Source: a bacterium | GTDB lineage: Bacteria; AUK180 | DNA: 64,000 nt | Reading direction: 5' to 3' | NCBI GenBank assembly: GCA_023133295.1 | Contig: JAGLWT010000133.1 | Span: forward strand, 5,054-69,053 | In this document: one piece after another, positions 8,801 through 17,424 of the stretch | Numbering within the stretch: position 1 is the stretch's first letter | Layout of the letters: the number at the start of each line of letters is the position of its first letter | Translations under genes and position numbers: made by a program | The notes under the pieces: model-generated | Told to the model about the DNA's origin: nothing | Seen by the model: the letters and a program-made list of their open reading frames with translations, nothing else | Databases searched by the model: none

Positions 8801-11141
8801 CCGAATCAGCATTGATATCCAGAGTAAATGTAATTTCATGCCCTATGGGACAACCTGAATCAACTAAAAAAGCAAAGTTTGTCTCTGAAATTCCGGTATT
8901 GCTGAAAGGAATATCTGGATAAGTTGAATAATTTTGTGTTATTGTAACATTAGAATCCAGAGTTGATAAAGTTGCATTTACACCCGTTGCATCTGCATAG
9001 CCTTCATTTTGAAGAGTTATGGGCATTATAATGTTTTCACCGGGTTGTGCGACTCCATTGTCATTTTCAGCACTGTCATCAATAGAATGTGAATTATACA
9101 CAACAATTGGATATGGATCGGAACAATTACATGGTTCAATCTCAAGTGACCAGGAATTCAAAGTTCCCTCATCTCCTATCGCGGCATCATAAATATGTAA
9201 TTCCCAAATACCCCATGTCTTTTCACCGTTAAAATCATCCATTACACCGGGACCATCAGGTATAGTAATATTGTCATAAGTCGTAATAATATCATCGTCA
9301 CCACCACCGGTTCTATTATGTAAATAAACTGCAGTTCCCGTAGGAGAAACCAATTTAATGATCAGATCCATGATATATGTATGAGAAATATCTACGGATA
9401 CCAGGATATCGGCAATATCGCAAAATTCCGAAATATTGATTGTGCTTATAATTGTGTTCTTATCTGTAATTGGAATTGGAGTATCCATTGAAGAAGGGAC
9501 AATTTTACCTACCATTTCGGTAAATTCGTTTGTATTTGTGTAACCTGTATCTGCACTAATAGACAGGACAAATTCAATTTGATGACCTAAAGGACAACCT
9601 CCATCGATAGAGAATTCATAACTTGAATTAGAAGTCTCGCTTCCGTTGCTTGCAATATTTGGATAAGTAGAAGAGTTTTGGATCATGGTTACATATGTAT
9701 CTGTTGTAGATAATACAGCACTTACATTTGTTGCCCCGTCAGTTCCCATATTACTCATAGTAATATCCATTTTAACGGTCTCACCAGGATCAATAAAACT
9801 ATTATTATTTCCACCTACTGAATCATCGATTGTCCTTGATCTAAAAGTTATTAATAAGGGAACGGGACAACCATCACCCCTAAGGAAATTATTCCAAAAT
9901 GTAATAGGGGCGACATCTGTTCCATCATAAAGTGTGTCGTAAGGGTCTGTAGGATATTGATAATAAATGGCAGTCCCATGACAATCAGGATGATCAGAAC
10001 GGACAAAATTCCTTGAAACAGCTGCAATATAAGCAGTCTGGACATCTATTGCCGCGTTTTTCACACTCATTGGTAAATTTGATATGCCAATATTTAATGT
10101 TAAATCATACAGGTCAATTTGATTATACCATGGATAGGAAGTGTGCATTTCATACGTTGCAGCTCTAATATTATTGATTTCTACACCATAGCCTGATTCT
10201 CTGGCACACATCAGTTCCTGAGCAAGTGTATTGATTGTTGAGTTGAAAGCAGGGAGCAGTGAAAGGTCAACTGATGCGAGTGTATAGCCTGTGTTCGAAG
10301 GATCCGGAGCATTATTCCCGTCATCTCCATTTTCATAAGCTTCAACTATGTAGTCAGAAAGTTGTTTTGCTGTTAAATTGCCACTTGCCTGGTCCAATTT
10401 CTCTAAAAAGTACCAGTAACTCCAGCCATCGTTCCACTCAGGTCTCTCTGATGCAACAAAGAAATCGAAATAAGGTTCACTGGCAACCATGTTTTCCCAC
10501 ATGCCGACCAAACAAGCATCATAACCGACACCTGCCCATTTCCCAACACCGGCATAGGTGATTATCTCAGCAAAAGCGCCTTGAATATCACCATTACAGA
10601 AGTTTAAATAATATTGACTCATTGTCGTATCATCAGTGTCCGCAGGACCATCAAAATCATAACAGACTGCTTTGTCTCCTGTGTTATCATCGCCTACGGC
10701 TCTTTTAATACCTCTGGCTCTCCAACCTTCACCATGATCCCAGAGTATCAAGAAATAATTGTCGGCAGGATAGTTATCGTGAGTCCATTTACAGAAATCT
10801 ACAAGTATTTCCGGGTCTCCCATATTGGGCTCGCCGATATCAGAAACCTCATTACCTACGATCGGAGTCATTCCCTGGGTAATATGGAACCTTTTACAGG
10901 TTGTCCAATCACCATAATTGGTGGAATAGCCTGTACTACGGTCAAGTTGGACTACAATATCGAAGTCCGCAGTGGAACCAACGATCGCCATCTCAATAAA
11001 GTCATCAAGAGCAGCCGTTTCCAGGTCATTGTCTGCAGCCATATAGACCATTACTGTCCATTTTGCTGAATATGCATTGATACATAACAGTAGTGAAAAG
11101 ATAAGCAGTATGAATCTTGTTTTAGAATAGATCTTTTTCAT
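5823..11141 (-). CDS. Secreted clostripain-family (C11) cysteine peptidase with three P-domains, Ig-like repeats, TolB-like propeller and FlgD-Ig/T9SS-type C-terminal domain
   Basis: Signal peptide. WTVMVYMAADNDLE, LWDHGEGW (His) and YDACLVG (Cys). Three proprotein-convertase P-domain repeats (HTYxxDL..SP.GT..L..GTLNSWSL). Three DDSxxNNNG..PGE Ig-like units. C-terminal LYPNP..IYTIFGEIV..WDLENDSG..ASGIYII. Confidence 0.88.
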   Translation of the reverse strand: MKKIYSKTRFILLIFSLLLCINAYSAKWTVMVYMAADNDLETAALDDFIEMAIVGSTADFDIVVQLDRSTGYSTNYGDWTTCKRFHITQGMTPIVGNEVSDIGEPNMGDPEILVDFCKWTHDNYPADNYFLILWDHGEGWRARGIKRAVGDDNTGDKAVCYDFDGPADTDDTTMSQYYLNFCNGDIQGAFAEIITYAGVGKWAGVGYDACLVGMWENMVASEPYFDFFVASERPEWNDGWSYWYFLEKLDQASGNLTAKQLSDYIVEAYENGDDGNNAPDPSNTGYTLASVDLSLLPAFNSTINTLAQELMCARESGYGVEINNIRAATYEMHTSYPWYNQIDLYDLTLNIGISNLPMSVKNAAIDVQTAYIAAVSRNFVRSDHPDCHGTAIYYQYPTDPYDTLYDGTDVAPITFWNNFLRGDGCPVPLLITFRSRTIDDSVGGNNNSFIDPGETVKMDITMSNMGTDGATNVSAVLSTTDTYVTMIQNSSTYPNIASNGSETSNSSYEFSIDGGCPLGHQIEFVLSISADTGYTNTNEFTEMVGKIVPSSMDTPIPITDKNTIISTINISEFCDIADILVSVDISHTYIMDLIIKLVSPTGTAVYLHNRTGGGDDDIITTYDNITIPDGPGVMDDFNGEKTWGIWELHIYDAAIGDEGTLNSWSLEIEPCNCSDPYPIVVYNSHSIDDSAENDNGVAQPGENIIMPITLQNEGYADATGVNATLSTLDSNVTITQNYSTYPDIPFSNTGISETNFAFLVDSGCPIGHEITFTLDINADSGYTNQINFTVVVSEFIVSSADTPINIPAWDAVGIESIINVPYSCNIVDIFVSVDIAHNYTGDLVVELTSPTGTIVRLHDRSGGTVDDIYTIYDSTTVPDGPGSMPDFDGENSIGEWKLHVSDHDSWATIGTLNSWSVILHLDTCTQPLPEIVYDSHAIDDSTGGNNNGIAESGEQIDMSVTLRNIWYGEATNISAVLSTGCTYITFSDDTASYLDLSFDETSECLTPYQFDVYSGLPMDYEVTFDLNITSDEGTWSDTFIVTINPSGTGCDWYVSTDTPIAIPDSEPAGITSIINITEHIDILEINCLVDITHTYKGDLIVELTSPLNTIVRLHNKTGFGDDDIYTVYDSTTAPSGPGTMDDFIGEDAFGNWELFVSDTGGGDTGTLNEWQLEICSNAQSDIDLDSASAGAGIFHPEWSWKNSPRKIAYIHRDSGGISNIRVINDDGSGMITITNSLDIVSHLSQISWTPDDNYVVFTSTASYGQLHIRKIKADGTEAGNSSLFQPSLIYWRCIDPDYGDKLNQFNEKERIITSISGDIWVYEPNNTIDPDSGLKRITHLSDPYLDLSQTDKLLQPHWNGDNTEIVFVRRPACIDNEVADTNIWKAVDIQDIISGLSNPIGDPDGDGTGGDWGDTRLISIGTTTHPEYSPSFSINGSKIAYNCDVLDSFNNCNFRFDPISEVSNSNFDVYINNNPQSGYCETINEGFLKWSSGGGDRFAFINENAGLFSLKTVYDETVGGFLKGNFRIDGDYLIIEDSSRTKLSIPLDIASHYPEFSIQSVSHIDSNKSNLIPIGEFRRVSIPGEVDEVNFPKKLTLRIYYTYEEVMDYSEEQLELRRYTDGKWEYVDSYCVDDIDGNPDNDKYDGGFIIAGIEGIGNYGIFVNTNKTVSKNYDADLLRLYPNPCTSANGDSFVIMDHFGDIENIEDITIYTIFGEIVATYRNAVKHYNDGNDFLRWDLENDSGFSVASGIYIIIITPASGKSVVKKVAVIK

Positions 11142-11415
11142 TTTTTCCTCGCTGCGGAGATATTAATCATTAGTATAATTATACCATCCTCTGGATTATT
11201 ATTTGTGGATACGAAAAAAAGGGGGTACGACCGCATTACTGGATCATTTTTAAGAAATCTAAGGAAATTCTTTTCCATTTCTCCGTTAGAAAATGCCTCT
11301 CTTCTCCATACATTCCCATTCATTACACGGCGATACGGATTTCAGACATTAATCCTACTCCTTTGCTATTTGACTATATCATAAAAGAAAATAATATACA
11401 AATTTCTGCTGGGTA

Positions 11416-11515
11416 AGGGGACGGTGTTTCACTTCTTTCACTTACTTATTGCTCCTCACAAATATTGGGGCCGGTAGTCGTAACAAAGTAAAAAGTAAAA
11501 ATACGATACCTTTTT
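11416..11515. repeat. ~100-bp dispersed repeat, copy 2
   Basis: Colinear with 5722-5820 over its whole length, same orientation. Confidence 0.9.
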
Positions 11516-11619
11516 AAGAAGAAAATATGTTATAATTCCTATGGATTTACTTCCGTGAAAAAAAATAGTTGAATGGGCAGTTGAATCATTTAAGACTGCC
11601 ATAAACCGAGGGAGGTTTT

Positions 11620-12483
11620 ATGAAACGATCTTATTTATTCCACAGTAGCAAAAGGGCGATCTCCCTTTTGATAATCATGCTGATCCTTACACTTTATTCC
11701 TGTTCCAATTTCGAAACCAAACAACCCGAGATCCTGACCTTTGAACAATTGCAGAAAATGGAGTATAAAACTCCCTATATTATTGACCTTCAGAAAGGGA
11801 AAAAGCATCTGATTTTTTATGGATCAGACCACACGAATGATCCTGCAAATCCAATGTTTGACGATATTGAAAAGCGATTTCTTGATATGCAGCCCGACAT
11901 TGCCTTTAATGAGGGGGGAGACCCGCCTTCACTTGATGATAGAAAGATAGCCATGGAAAAATTCGGAGAAGCGGGATTGCTCAAGCATTTGGGTAAGAAG
12001 CATAATGTCCCGGTCAAGAATGTCGAACCGACACTTCAAGATCAATTTGACTATTTTCTGAAGAAATATTCAAGAAATGATCTATTATTAATGTATTTTT
12101 GCCGGCAGATACTGCAAATACAGAGAATGAGCCAGACTATGGATGTTGATTTTAATAATTATATATACGGATTTTTAAAGCAGCTTCAAAAAGAAGGATT
12201 CCCCATTTCCGATGAAGAGGCAACCTTGAAATACGCAATCACCGTTTATGAGGATTTCTTTAAGGAGAAATTCGATTGGAAGACCTTTGACCGTAAGAAT
12301 ATTTCTCCTATGGGTAATGAGAGTGTTTTAAATGAAATATCTAGAGAGTCAGGTCAATTTCGTGATAAATATATAGTAAACTTAATTTCTGATGCTCTGA
12401 AGAAGTATGACAGGGTGTTTGTCGTCATGGGGTCGGGGCACGCAGTCAAGCAGGAACCTGTATTAAAAAGTTTTTTCAAATAG
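11620..12483 (+). CDS. Lipoprotein, possible TraB/GumN/Tiki-like (EreA/ChaN superfamily) metalloenzyme fold
   Basis: GGAGG SD and LYSC lipobox. FYGSDH, FNEG and FRDKYIV...VFVVMGSGH resemble TraB/Tiki motifs (inference). Extended -10 TGtTATAAT at 11528-11536. Confidence 0.55.
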   Translation: MKRSYLFHSSKRAISLLIIMLILTLYSCSNFETKQPEILTFEQLQKMEYKTPYIIDLQKGKKHLIFYGSDHTNDPANPMFDDIEKRFLDMQPDIAFNEGGDPPSLDDRKIAMEKFGEAGLLKHLGKKHNVPVKNVEPTLQDQFDYFLKKYSRNDLLLMYFCRQILQIQRMSQTMDVDFNNYIYGFLKQLQKEGFPISDEEATLKYAITVYEDFFKEKFDWKTFDRKNISPMGNESVLNEISRESGQFRDKYIVNLISDALKKYDRVFVVMGSGHAVKQEPVLKSFFK

Positions 12484-12487
12484 TATA

Positions 12488-12636
12488 AGGGGCCGGTGGT
12501 GGACAAAGTGGACATTTCCAAGGGAAATCCCAATATATTTTTAGATATGTTTCACTTTTTTCACTTATTTATTGTTCCTCACAGATATTGAAGCCAGTAA
12601 TCGGAAAAAGTAAAAGGTAAAGATACGATACCCTTT
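12488..12636. repeat. ~100-bp dispersed repeat, copy 3, interrupted by ~50 bp
   Basis: AGGGGCCGGTG at 12488, then an insert, then TTTCACTTTTTTCACTTA...GGTAAAGATACGATACCCTTT from ~12550. Confidence 0.85.
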
Positions 12637-12658
12637 CCCTTTTCCTTTCTCTTTCTTT

Positions 12659-13270
12659 CTACCCGTACATTCTTCTGATATCCGGCAGCTCCAGTGTATA
12701 GTAATGTATCCAGACATAGGTATAATTGAATATCGCGAGCAGCAAGCCGGCAGACGAATTGAAAAGAAGCCCCGGAACCAGCAATATAAGCAATGCATAG
12801 GTGTACATCGCATTTTTACTGTATTTGAACATTCCACGCTTTTCAAACGGCAGGCTTCGATATGTTTCATCAAAATGATCCTGTCCTGTCGCTCTCAATA
12901 ATCCGAAATATTTATACACGGAATAGAATGCGTAAACCGCAGGGACGGTGACAATTGCGGCTAATATATACAAAATGAGAGAATTGAATCCAAGGGATCC
13001 TCTATTGGAAATAGCCAGAAGGAGAACCACTGCCATTCTTGCAAAGAATAAAAGAAAAAAGCCGGCGGCGTAAACATAAAATCCTGTCTTGGGCATAAGT
13101 TTAGTGATGAATCCTAAGTGCAGCTGCATTCTCCAGCAGAACCATACATATGTCTGATGGGCAAAGGCGGTGATAATGGAAATAATGAACCATGTCCTTG
13201 TAGCGATTCCAAAAAGCTCGCCGTCAAGAATGCCCTTGATCCCGGAGCCCAGATAAACCAAATACAGCAA
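12659..13270 (-). CDS. Phospholipid methyltransferase (PEMT/ICMT-like) membrane protein
   Basis: Multi-TM protein with GQDHFD..Y...PFEKRGMFKYSKNAMY and YYTLELPDIRRMYG. The true start may lie slightly upstream. Confidence 0.75.
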   Translation of the reverse strand: MLYLVYLGSGIKGILDGELFGIATRTWFIISIITAFAHQTYVWFCWRMQLHLGFITKLMPKTGFYVYAAGFFLLFFARMAVVLLLAISNRGSLGFNSLILYILAAIVTVPAVYAFYSVYKYFGLLRATGQDHFDETYRSLPFEKRGMFKYSKNAMYTYALLILLVPGLLFNSSAGLLLAIFNYTYVWIHYYTLELPDIRRMYG

Positions 13271-13339
13271 GACAGCCAGTAATGGATATAATATTAATTG
13301 TCCCTAGAATATCTTTTTCAGTTTGGATTCTTCGTGCTT

Positions 13340-13530
13340 ATTTTGTTCATTATTCATTTCTTCATTCTCTTTTGTTCCACTGGGACACTGGTGCACTGGG
13401 TCCACTGCGAAGCGTGAGTAAAGGGAGGGTGTTTCACTTCTTTCACTTACTTAGTGTTCCTCATCCTTCAGTCTCTCTTTTTAATTTCTCTCTGCATCAA
13501 CCTTCAACCTGTAACTTTCAACTTTTCAAC
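13340..13530. repeat. Cluster of short degenerate tandem repeats
   Basis: TTCATT heptamer-like units (~13346-13368), (T/A/G)CACTGG 9-10-mers (~13374-13407) and TCAACCT/TCAACTT heptamers (~13497-13531). Confidence 0.6.
13422..13463. repeat. ~100-bp dispersed repeat, copy 4 (left half only)
   Basis: AGGGAGGGTGTTTCACTTCTTTCACTTACTTAGTGTTCCTCA matches the left arm of copy 2. Confidence 0.85.
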
Positions 13531-14089
13531 CACCGGCCCCATTTTTTGCCAAATACAGGAGCCGACAAGCATATTCCAGACGCTCAAGGTTTATATATGC
13601 GGATAAGAGGTCTTCGCCGAAAGCAATGGCTCCATGCCTATCAAGGATCATCGCCTTGATGCCGTCATATGCCGCCGAAGCGGCGGCGGCAGCCAGATCG
13701 GCGGAGCCGGCTGGATAATATTTCACAACGGGAACATCCCCAAGCATATCGCCGCCCTCGGGAATCTGTGTCAGATCGATCTCTACTCCCTTAAGCGTTA
13801 ATGCCGTTGTATGAACGGGATGCGCATGGATGATGGCATTGATATTCGGTAAAGCGGCGTACAGGCCGAGATGCATTGAAGTCTCCATCGACGGCGCTGC
13901 CGTACCCTTGATGACCCTCCCTTTTATATCCACGGTAATGATATTATCCTCCAGCACCATTGATTTTGGAATGCCGGAGGGAGTTATTTGAAAATGACCG
14001 CCCTGTATCCTTTGCGACAGATTTCCCTGATTCGATGTTACATATCCCCTTTCATAGATGAGTTTTGAAAATCGGACAATCGAGCTCAA
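13526..14089 (-). CDS. Class II aldolase/adducin family protein (FucA-like)
   Basis: GNLS.R, ITPSG, PSMETSMH, IIHAHP, DRHG zinc-binding motifs. Confidence 0.9.
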   Translation of the reverse strand: MSSIVRFSKLIYERGYVTSNQGNLSQRIQGGHFQITPSGIPKSMVLEDNIITVDIKGRVIKGTAAPSMETSMHLGLYAALPNINAIIHAHPVHTTALTLKGVEIDLTQIPEGGDMLGDVPVVKYYPAGSADLAAAAASAAYDGIKAMILDRHGAIAFGEDLLSAYINLERLEYACRLLYLAKNGAGG

Positions 14090-16047
14090 TTAAGAAACTC
14101 CGGCCTCTCCACCTTGCCGCTATTGAGAAGGACTTCGAATTCCTCATCTGTGAGGCGTTTATCCATCGGCATTTTAAACTCATAATAATTGAATACCGGT
14201 CCGGCAAAAGCAACTTTTTCCCCTGCCTTCTCCACGGATAGCAGGATGGAAAAACCGCCGACTCCCTCTTCAAGCACCATTGATGAATTGCCATCGGTGT
14301 GAACATCGGCGATCAGAACGGCTTTTTTTGTTTTCTCGTCGATATTTTTAAAGATACGGCCGATAAGATCCGGGAATTTATAAAAATACTCACCGTCATT
14401 CTCGCTCAATACTCCTTTGTTCTCAAGTATTTCAAGCATGCGGGATGACATCTTGGAAAGAATGATGAATTTTTCGTGCATATCGTAGTCATCATTGAAA
14501 AAACCACCCGCCATATCAGTCAGCTTGAGAAAACGGGTCCAGAATTCAACATTATTTTCCGGAAATCCCGCAAGTAAATTCTTCTTAGGCCCCGGACGAG
14601 GTCTGAAAGATGTCGCCTTCATCGTATATGACTGCTTCACATAAAGAATCGTATCATGTCTCAATTCAGCCCAAGAACCAAGAAAGCTCCTCGCAATACG
14701 CTTCTCCCACTTTTTGTTTTTCGGAATATTATCCAAAAGAGCGGAGAGTGTATGTATCCATCCGGTATATACCGTGGAATACCACTCATCTTCCTTCATG
14801 GAAGAAAAGACCTTTCGCATCTTGTCCATCATTTCATCGTAGCCTTCATAATTTGAGTCCCCGGTAAGAGAAAGGACAGAGGCGGCGTAATCGAATCCCA
14901 GCACATTCAGAAGGTCCAATCCGCGGGGCATTCCTCGTACTCCGCCGGATAATGTGAACGGAGCGGGGGATTTTCCTTCATATTTGTCCACCCACGGAAA
15001 AACAAGGCGTGAGAATAAAAAGGAGTCCAGTACAAATCGCTGACCGAAGAAGCGCAGGCCTTTTGTTGCTTTGAGGTTTTCCTCCCCTTCCGCTTTATTC
15101 TCGGCGCTAAGGTCGCCAAGACCGGAATATATCATCGGCGCGGGAAGCTTGGCTACACCATTTCTGAAATTTACGACCTCGCTTTCCGATAGAGAATTGA
15201 AGCCGTTAACACCGGGATGCTGAAAACGCAAAGCGTCATAATGGGTCAGGATCAGATCATCCGAACGGCCGATCAAAAAAGAAATGGGGTCAAAGATCTG
15301 ATGCCATTTTTCGTTTAATACGGTATTGCCGACCACATTTACGGTCAGGATGATCGCGGCGGCGGTCTGCCGGTTCAATTCGTCCTCACTTACCTTTTTA
15401 TTCTGGGCAAGAAATGTCATTCTTCCCATATACATCATCGCCTTAAAATAATTCTTCAGTTCCTGCGTTCTCGTATAATGCCCGCGGGGTTTATATTGAG
15501 AATAATCCTCTTTGTATTTAAAGAGATGACTTTCCTCAAAACCGCTAGCTTCCGTAATAAGTTTCAACTCGCTTTTTTCTTTATTGTTCAGAACTATCGA
15601 AGAAGGCCCGTTGAGTAGAGCATATGACACTTTCAGATATGATATCAGGAGTTCAAGGCCGTCTCGTGATAATTGGGAGTGATATTCATGTTTTTCCACG
15701 GTCCTGATCGTATCTTTTAAAAGCTCCGACAGCGCGGGAATGAATTCATTGGTCTCTTTTCTCTGCAGCGACTTGTCAAAAAGGACATGGAAGATGTGTG
15801 TAACCGCGTCGGAAGTGATGAGGATCGGTATTTTCCTGTTTCTCAGATTTCGGTAAAATCTCTCCAGATCGGGTTCATACCCCTCAACGATAGCCCACCC
15901 TTCGATTCGGATGTCCTGAGGAAGCGTAAATGATTCTTCTATTTGTTTAAGGTTTACGGGTTCGAAACCTTTTTTTGCCTTGCGCATGCCAAACGGCACG
16001 CTGAGCAGCAGAACCACCATTATCAATACCAATATACTCTTTCTCAT
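14086..16047 (-). CDS. DUF3160 domain secreted protein
   Basis: Signal peptide. EDYSQYKPRGHYT, YFKAMM, RFFGQRFVLDS, SWAELRHDTILYVKQSY, IADVHT and RLTDEE recalled as DUF3160 motifs. Confidence 0.85.
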   Translation of the reverse strand: MRKSILVLIMVVLLLSVPFGMRKAKKGFEPVNLKQIEESFTLPQDIRIEGWAIVEGYEPDLERFYRNLRNRKIPILITSDAVTHIFHVLFDKSLQRKETNEFIPALSELLKDTIRTVEKHEYHSQLSRDGLELLISYLKVSYALLNGPSSIVLNNKEKSELKLITEASGFEESHLFKYKEDYSQYKPRGHYTRTQELKNYFKAMMYMGRMTFLAQNKKVSEDELNRQTAAAIILTVNVVGNTVLNEKWHQIFDPISFLIGRSDDLILTHYDALRFQHPGVNGFNSLSESEVVNFRNGVAKLPAPMIYSGLGDLSAENKAEGEENLKATKGLRFFGQRFVLDSFLFSRLVFPWVDKYEGKSPAPFTLSGGVRGMPRGLDLLNVLGFDYAASVLSLTGDSNYEGYDEMMDKMRKVFSSMKEDEWYSTVYTGWIHTLSALLDNIPKNKKWEKRIARSFLGSWAELRHDTILYVKQSYTMKATSFRPRPGPKKNLLAGFPENNVEFWTRFLKLTDMAGGFFNDDYDMHEKFIILSKMSSRMLEILENKGVLSENDGEYFYKFPDLIGRIFKNIDEKTKKAVLIADVHTDGNSSMVLEEGVGGFSILLSVEKAGEKVAFAGPVFNYYEFKMPMDKRLTDEEFEVLLNSGKVERPEFLN

Positions 16048-16119
16048 AGTACTCTCCTATATGAAATATCATATAATTTTTCCACGGGAAAATCAATTAT
16101 TGTGAATTTGAATGTGAAT

Positions 16120-16148
16120 TTGAAAAAGAACGGCGCTTATCCTATAAT
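16120..16148 (+). promoter_or_regulatory. Sigma70-type promoter, probably giving a leaderless yigZ mRNA
   Basis: TTGAAA-17 nt-TATAAT, with ATG 5 nt after the -10 box and no SD. Confidence 0.6.
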
Positions 16149-16153
16149 ACACC

Positions 16154-16519
16154 ATGGGACACAGTATAATGGGCCAAAGTATCGTTTTGGAAGAGAAAGG
16201 ATCGAAATTTCTCGGAGTTACTTTTACTATTAATTCAAAGGAGGAGATCTCCGGGCTTATGAAGATGTTGAAAAAAACAAAGCCGTATTCGAAAGGGACG
16301 CATTATATGTACGCCTATCGGATCGAGGCGGGCAGCGGCATTGATGAGGGTAAAAGCGATGATGGGGAGTCCGGAAGCGGAATAAACATACTTCAGGTAT
16401 TGAAAACAAAAAATGCTAGCAATGTTATAACCTTTGTTATCCGCTGGTACGGCGGCAAGCACCTGGGCGGGAAACGCTTCCGTCTGATCAAACAAGCAGC
16501 GGTACTCTCTCTGATTTAG
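16154..16519 (+). CDS. YigZ/IMPACT family protein (N-terminal domain only)
   Basis: EKGSKF, THYMYAYR, SDDGESGSG, VIRWYGGKHLGGKRF. Confidence 0.88.
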   Translation: MGHSIMGQSIVLEEKGSKFLGVTFTINSKEEISGLMKMLKKTKPYSKGTHYMYAYRIEAGSGIDEGKSDDGESGSGINILQVLKTKNASNVITFVIRWYGGKHLGGKRFRLIKQAAVLSLI

Positions 16520-16529
16520 GGTATACAAT

Positions 16530-16558
16530 TGGACATTTTCCATTTAATTAATTATAAT
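16530..16558 (+). promoter_or_regulatory. Sigma70-type promoter
   Basis: TGGACA-17 nt-TATAAT upstream of GAGG SD and ATG at 16577. Confidence 0.55.
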
Positions 16559-16576
16559 TTTAATATGAGGTACCGG

Positions 16577-17413
16577 ATGAAAAAGTATATTATTTCTATA
16601 ATATTGATATTCTTTGCTGTTAATGGGAGCTCCAGCGAATTACAGATGGATGTATTTGACCTTGATAATAATTATCTGGGCTGGGATCAATATGCTGTCC
16701 ATAAAAACGCAAGCTACAGCTCAGGCAAGGATAATTTTCCGATCACTTATTATATTTTTTCAGCGGGGCGTTATCTGGAAAAACAGATCTTTTCAAAGAG
16801 AAAGATCTCATCCAAGGACGAAGGTGGCTCTAAATTTATCAGCGGACATTCCCAGGATTCGGATTTTGAATCGGATAATTATAAGACCAAAGAGAAGGCC
16901 GCATATTCCGAACCCGACCACCTCTATCAGGGGATGATAGTGATTGATGACAAGGGGAATTGCGTTTATTTCAGGTCAGAAGAGGCGTTGCCGGATAATC
17001 CCGAACAAAAAAGAGAAGTAAAGGTACAGTGGGTACCCGAAAAAAAGGGGTATATATTTTCCATTTGGGACCCCAACGCATTGGAAAGCGAGCAGGTCGA
17101 GAAAGGTTTTCTGAACACCGGGCATATGATGCCTGTTCTATCGGGCTTTCCTTTTCTTTTTGATATCTTCAATACCGCATCAGAGACCAAAGAAGGAGAG
17201 GAACTCGAATTCATCGACCCTTATCACCTGAAGATGATCATCATAACGAAAAGTATGGCGACCCGGGATTCATTGACCCTTGATCAGGAGACCGTACAGG
17301 AGCCTAAAGGGAATACGCGCTTCTATCCAATAGAGGTGAAGGTCCTGGATACCGTGCTGGACAAGGGAAATCCCACAGACAGCAGGTTCATGCTCAAATA
17401 TAAGTTCAGATAG
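16577..17413 (+). CDS. Secreted hypothetical protein
   Basis: ORF 16529..17413. Likely start MKKYIISIILIFF at 16577 (SD, signal peptide). No family recognised. Confidence 0.7.
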   Translation: MKKYIISIILIFFAVNGSSSELQMDVFDLDNNYLGWDQYAVHKNASYSSGKDNFPITYYIFSAGRYLEKQIFSKRKISSKDEGGSKFISGHSQDSDFESDNYKTKEKAAYSEPDHLYQGMIVIDDKGNCVYFRSEEALPDNPEQKREVKVQWVPEKKGYIFSIWDPNALESEQVEKGFLNTGHMMPVLSGFPFLFDIFNTASETKEGEELEFIDPYHLKMIIITKSMATRDSLTLDQETVQEPKGNTRFYPIEVKVLDTVLDKGNPTDSRFMLKYKFR

Positions 17414-17424
17414 GGTATAAAACG

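Noticed and set aside
11138-11350. 61-aa ORF and 8-codon ORF (MSEIRIAV) upstream of the clostripain gene as leader peptides
   Set aside because: No recognisable motif or attenuator structure; the overlap with the start codon could be chance in A-rich sequence.
5722-13463. Repeats as a CRISPR array or classical integron attC sites
   Set aside because: Spacing is gene-sized and irregular, there are no cas or intI genes, RYYYAAC/GTTRRRY boxes are absent, and the enclosed genes lie on both strands.
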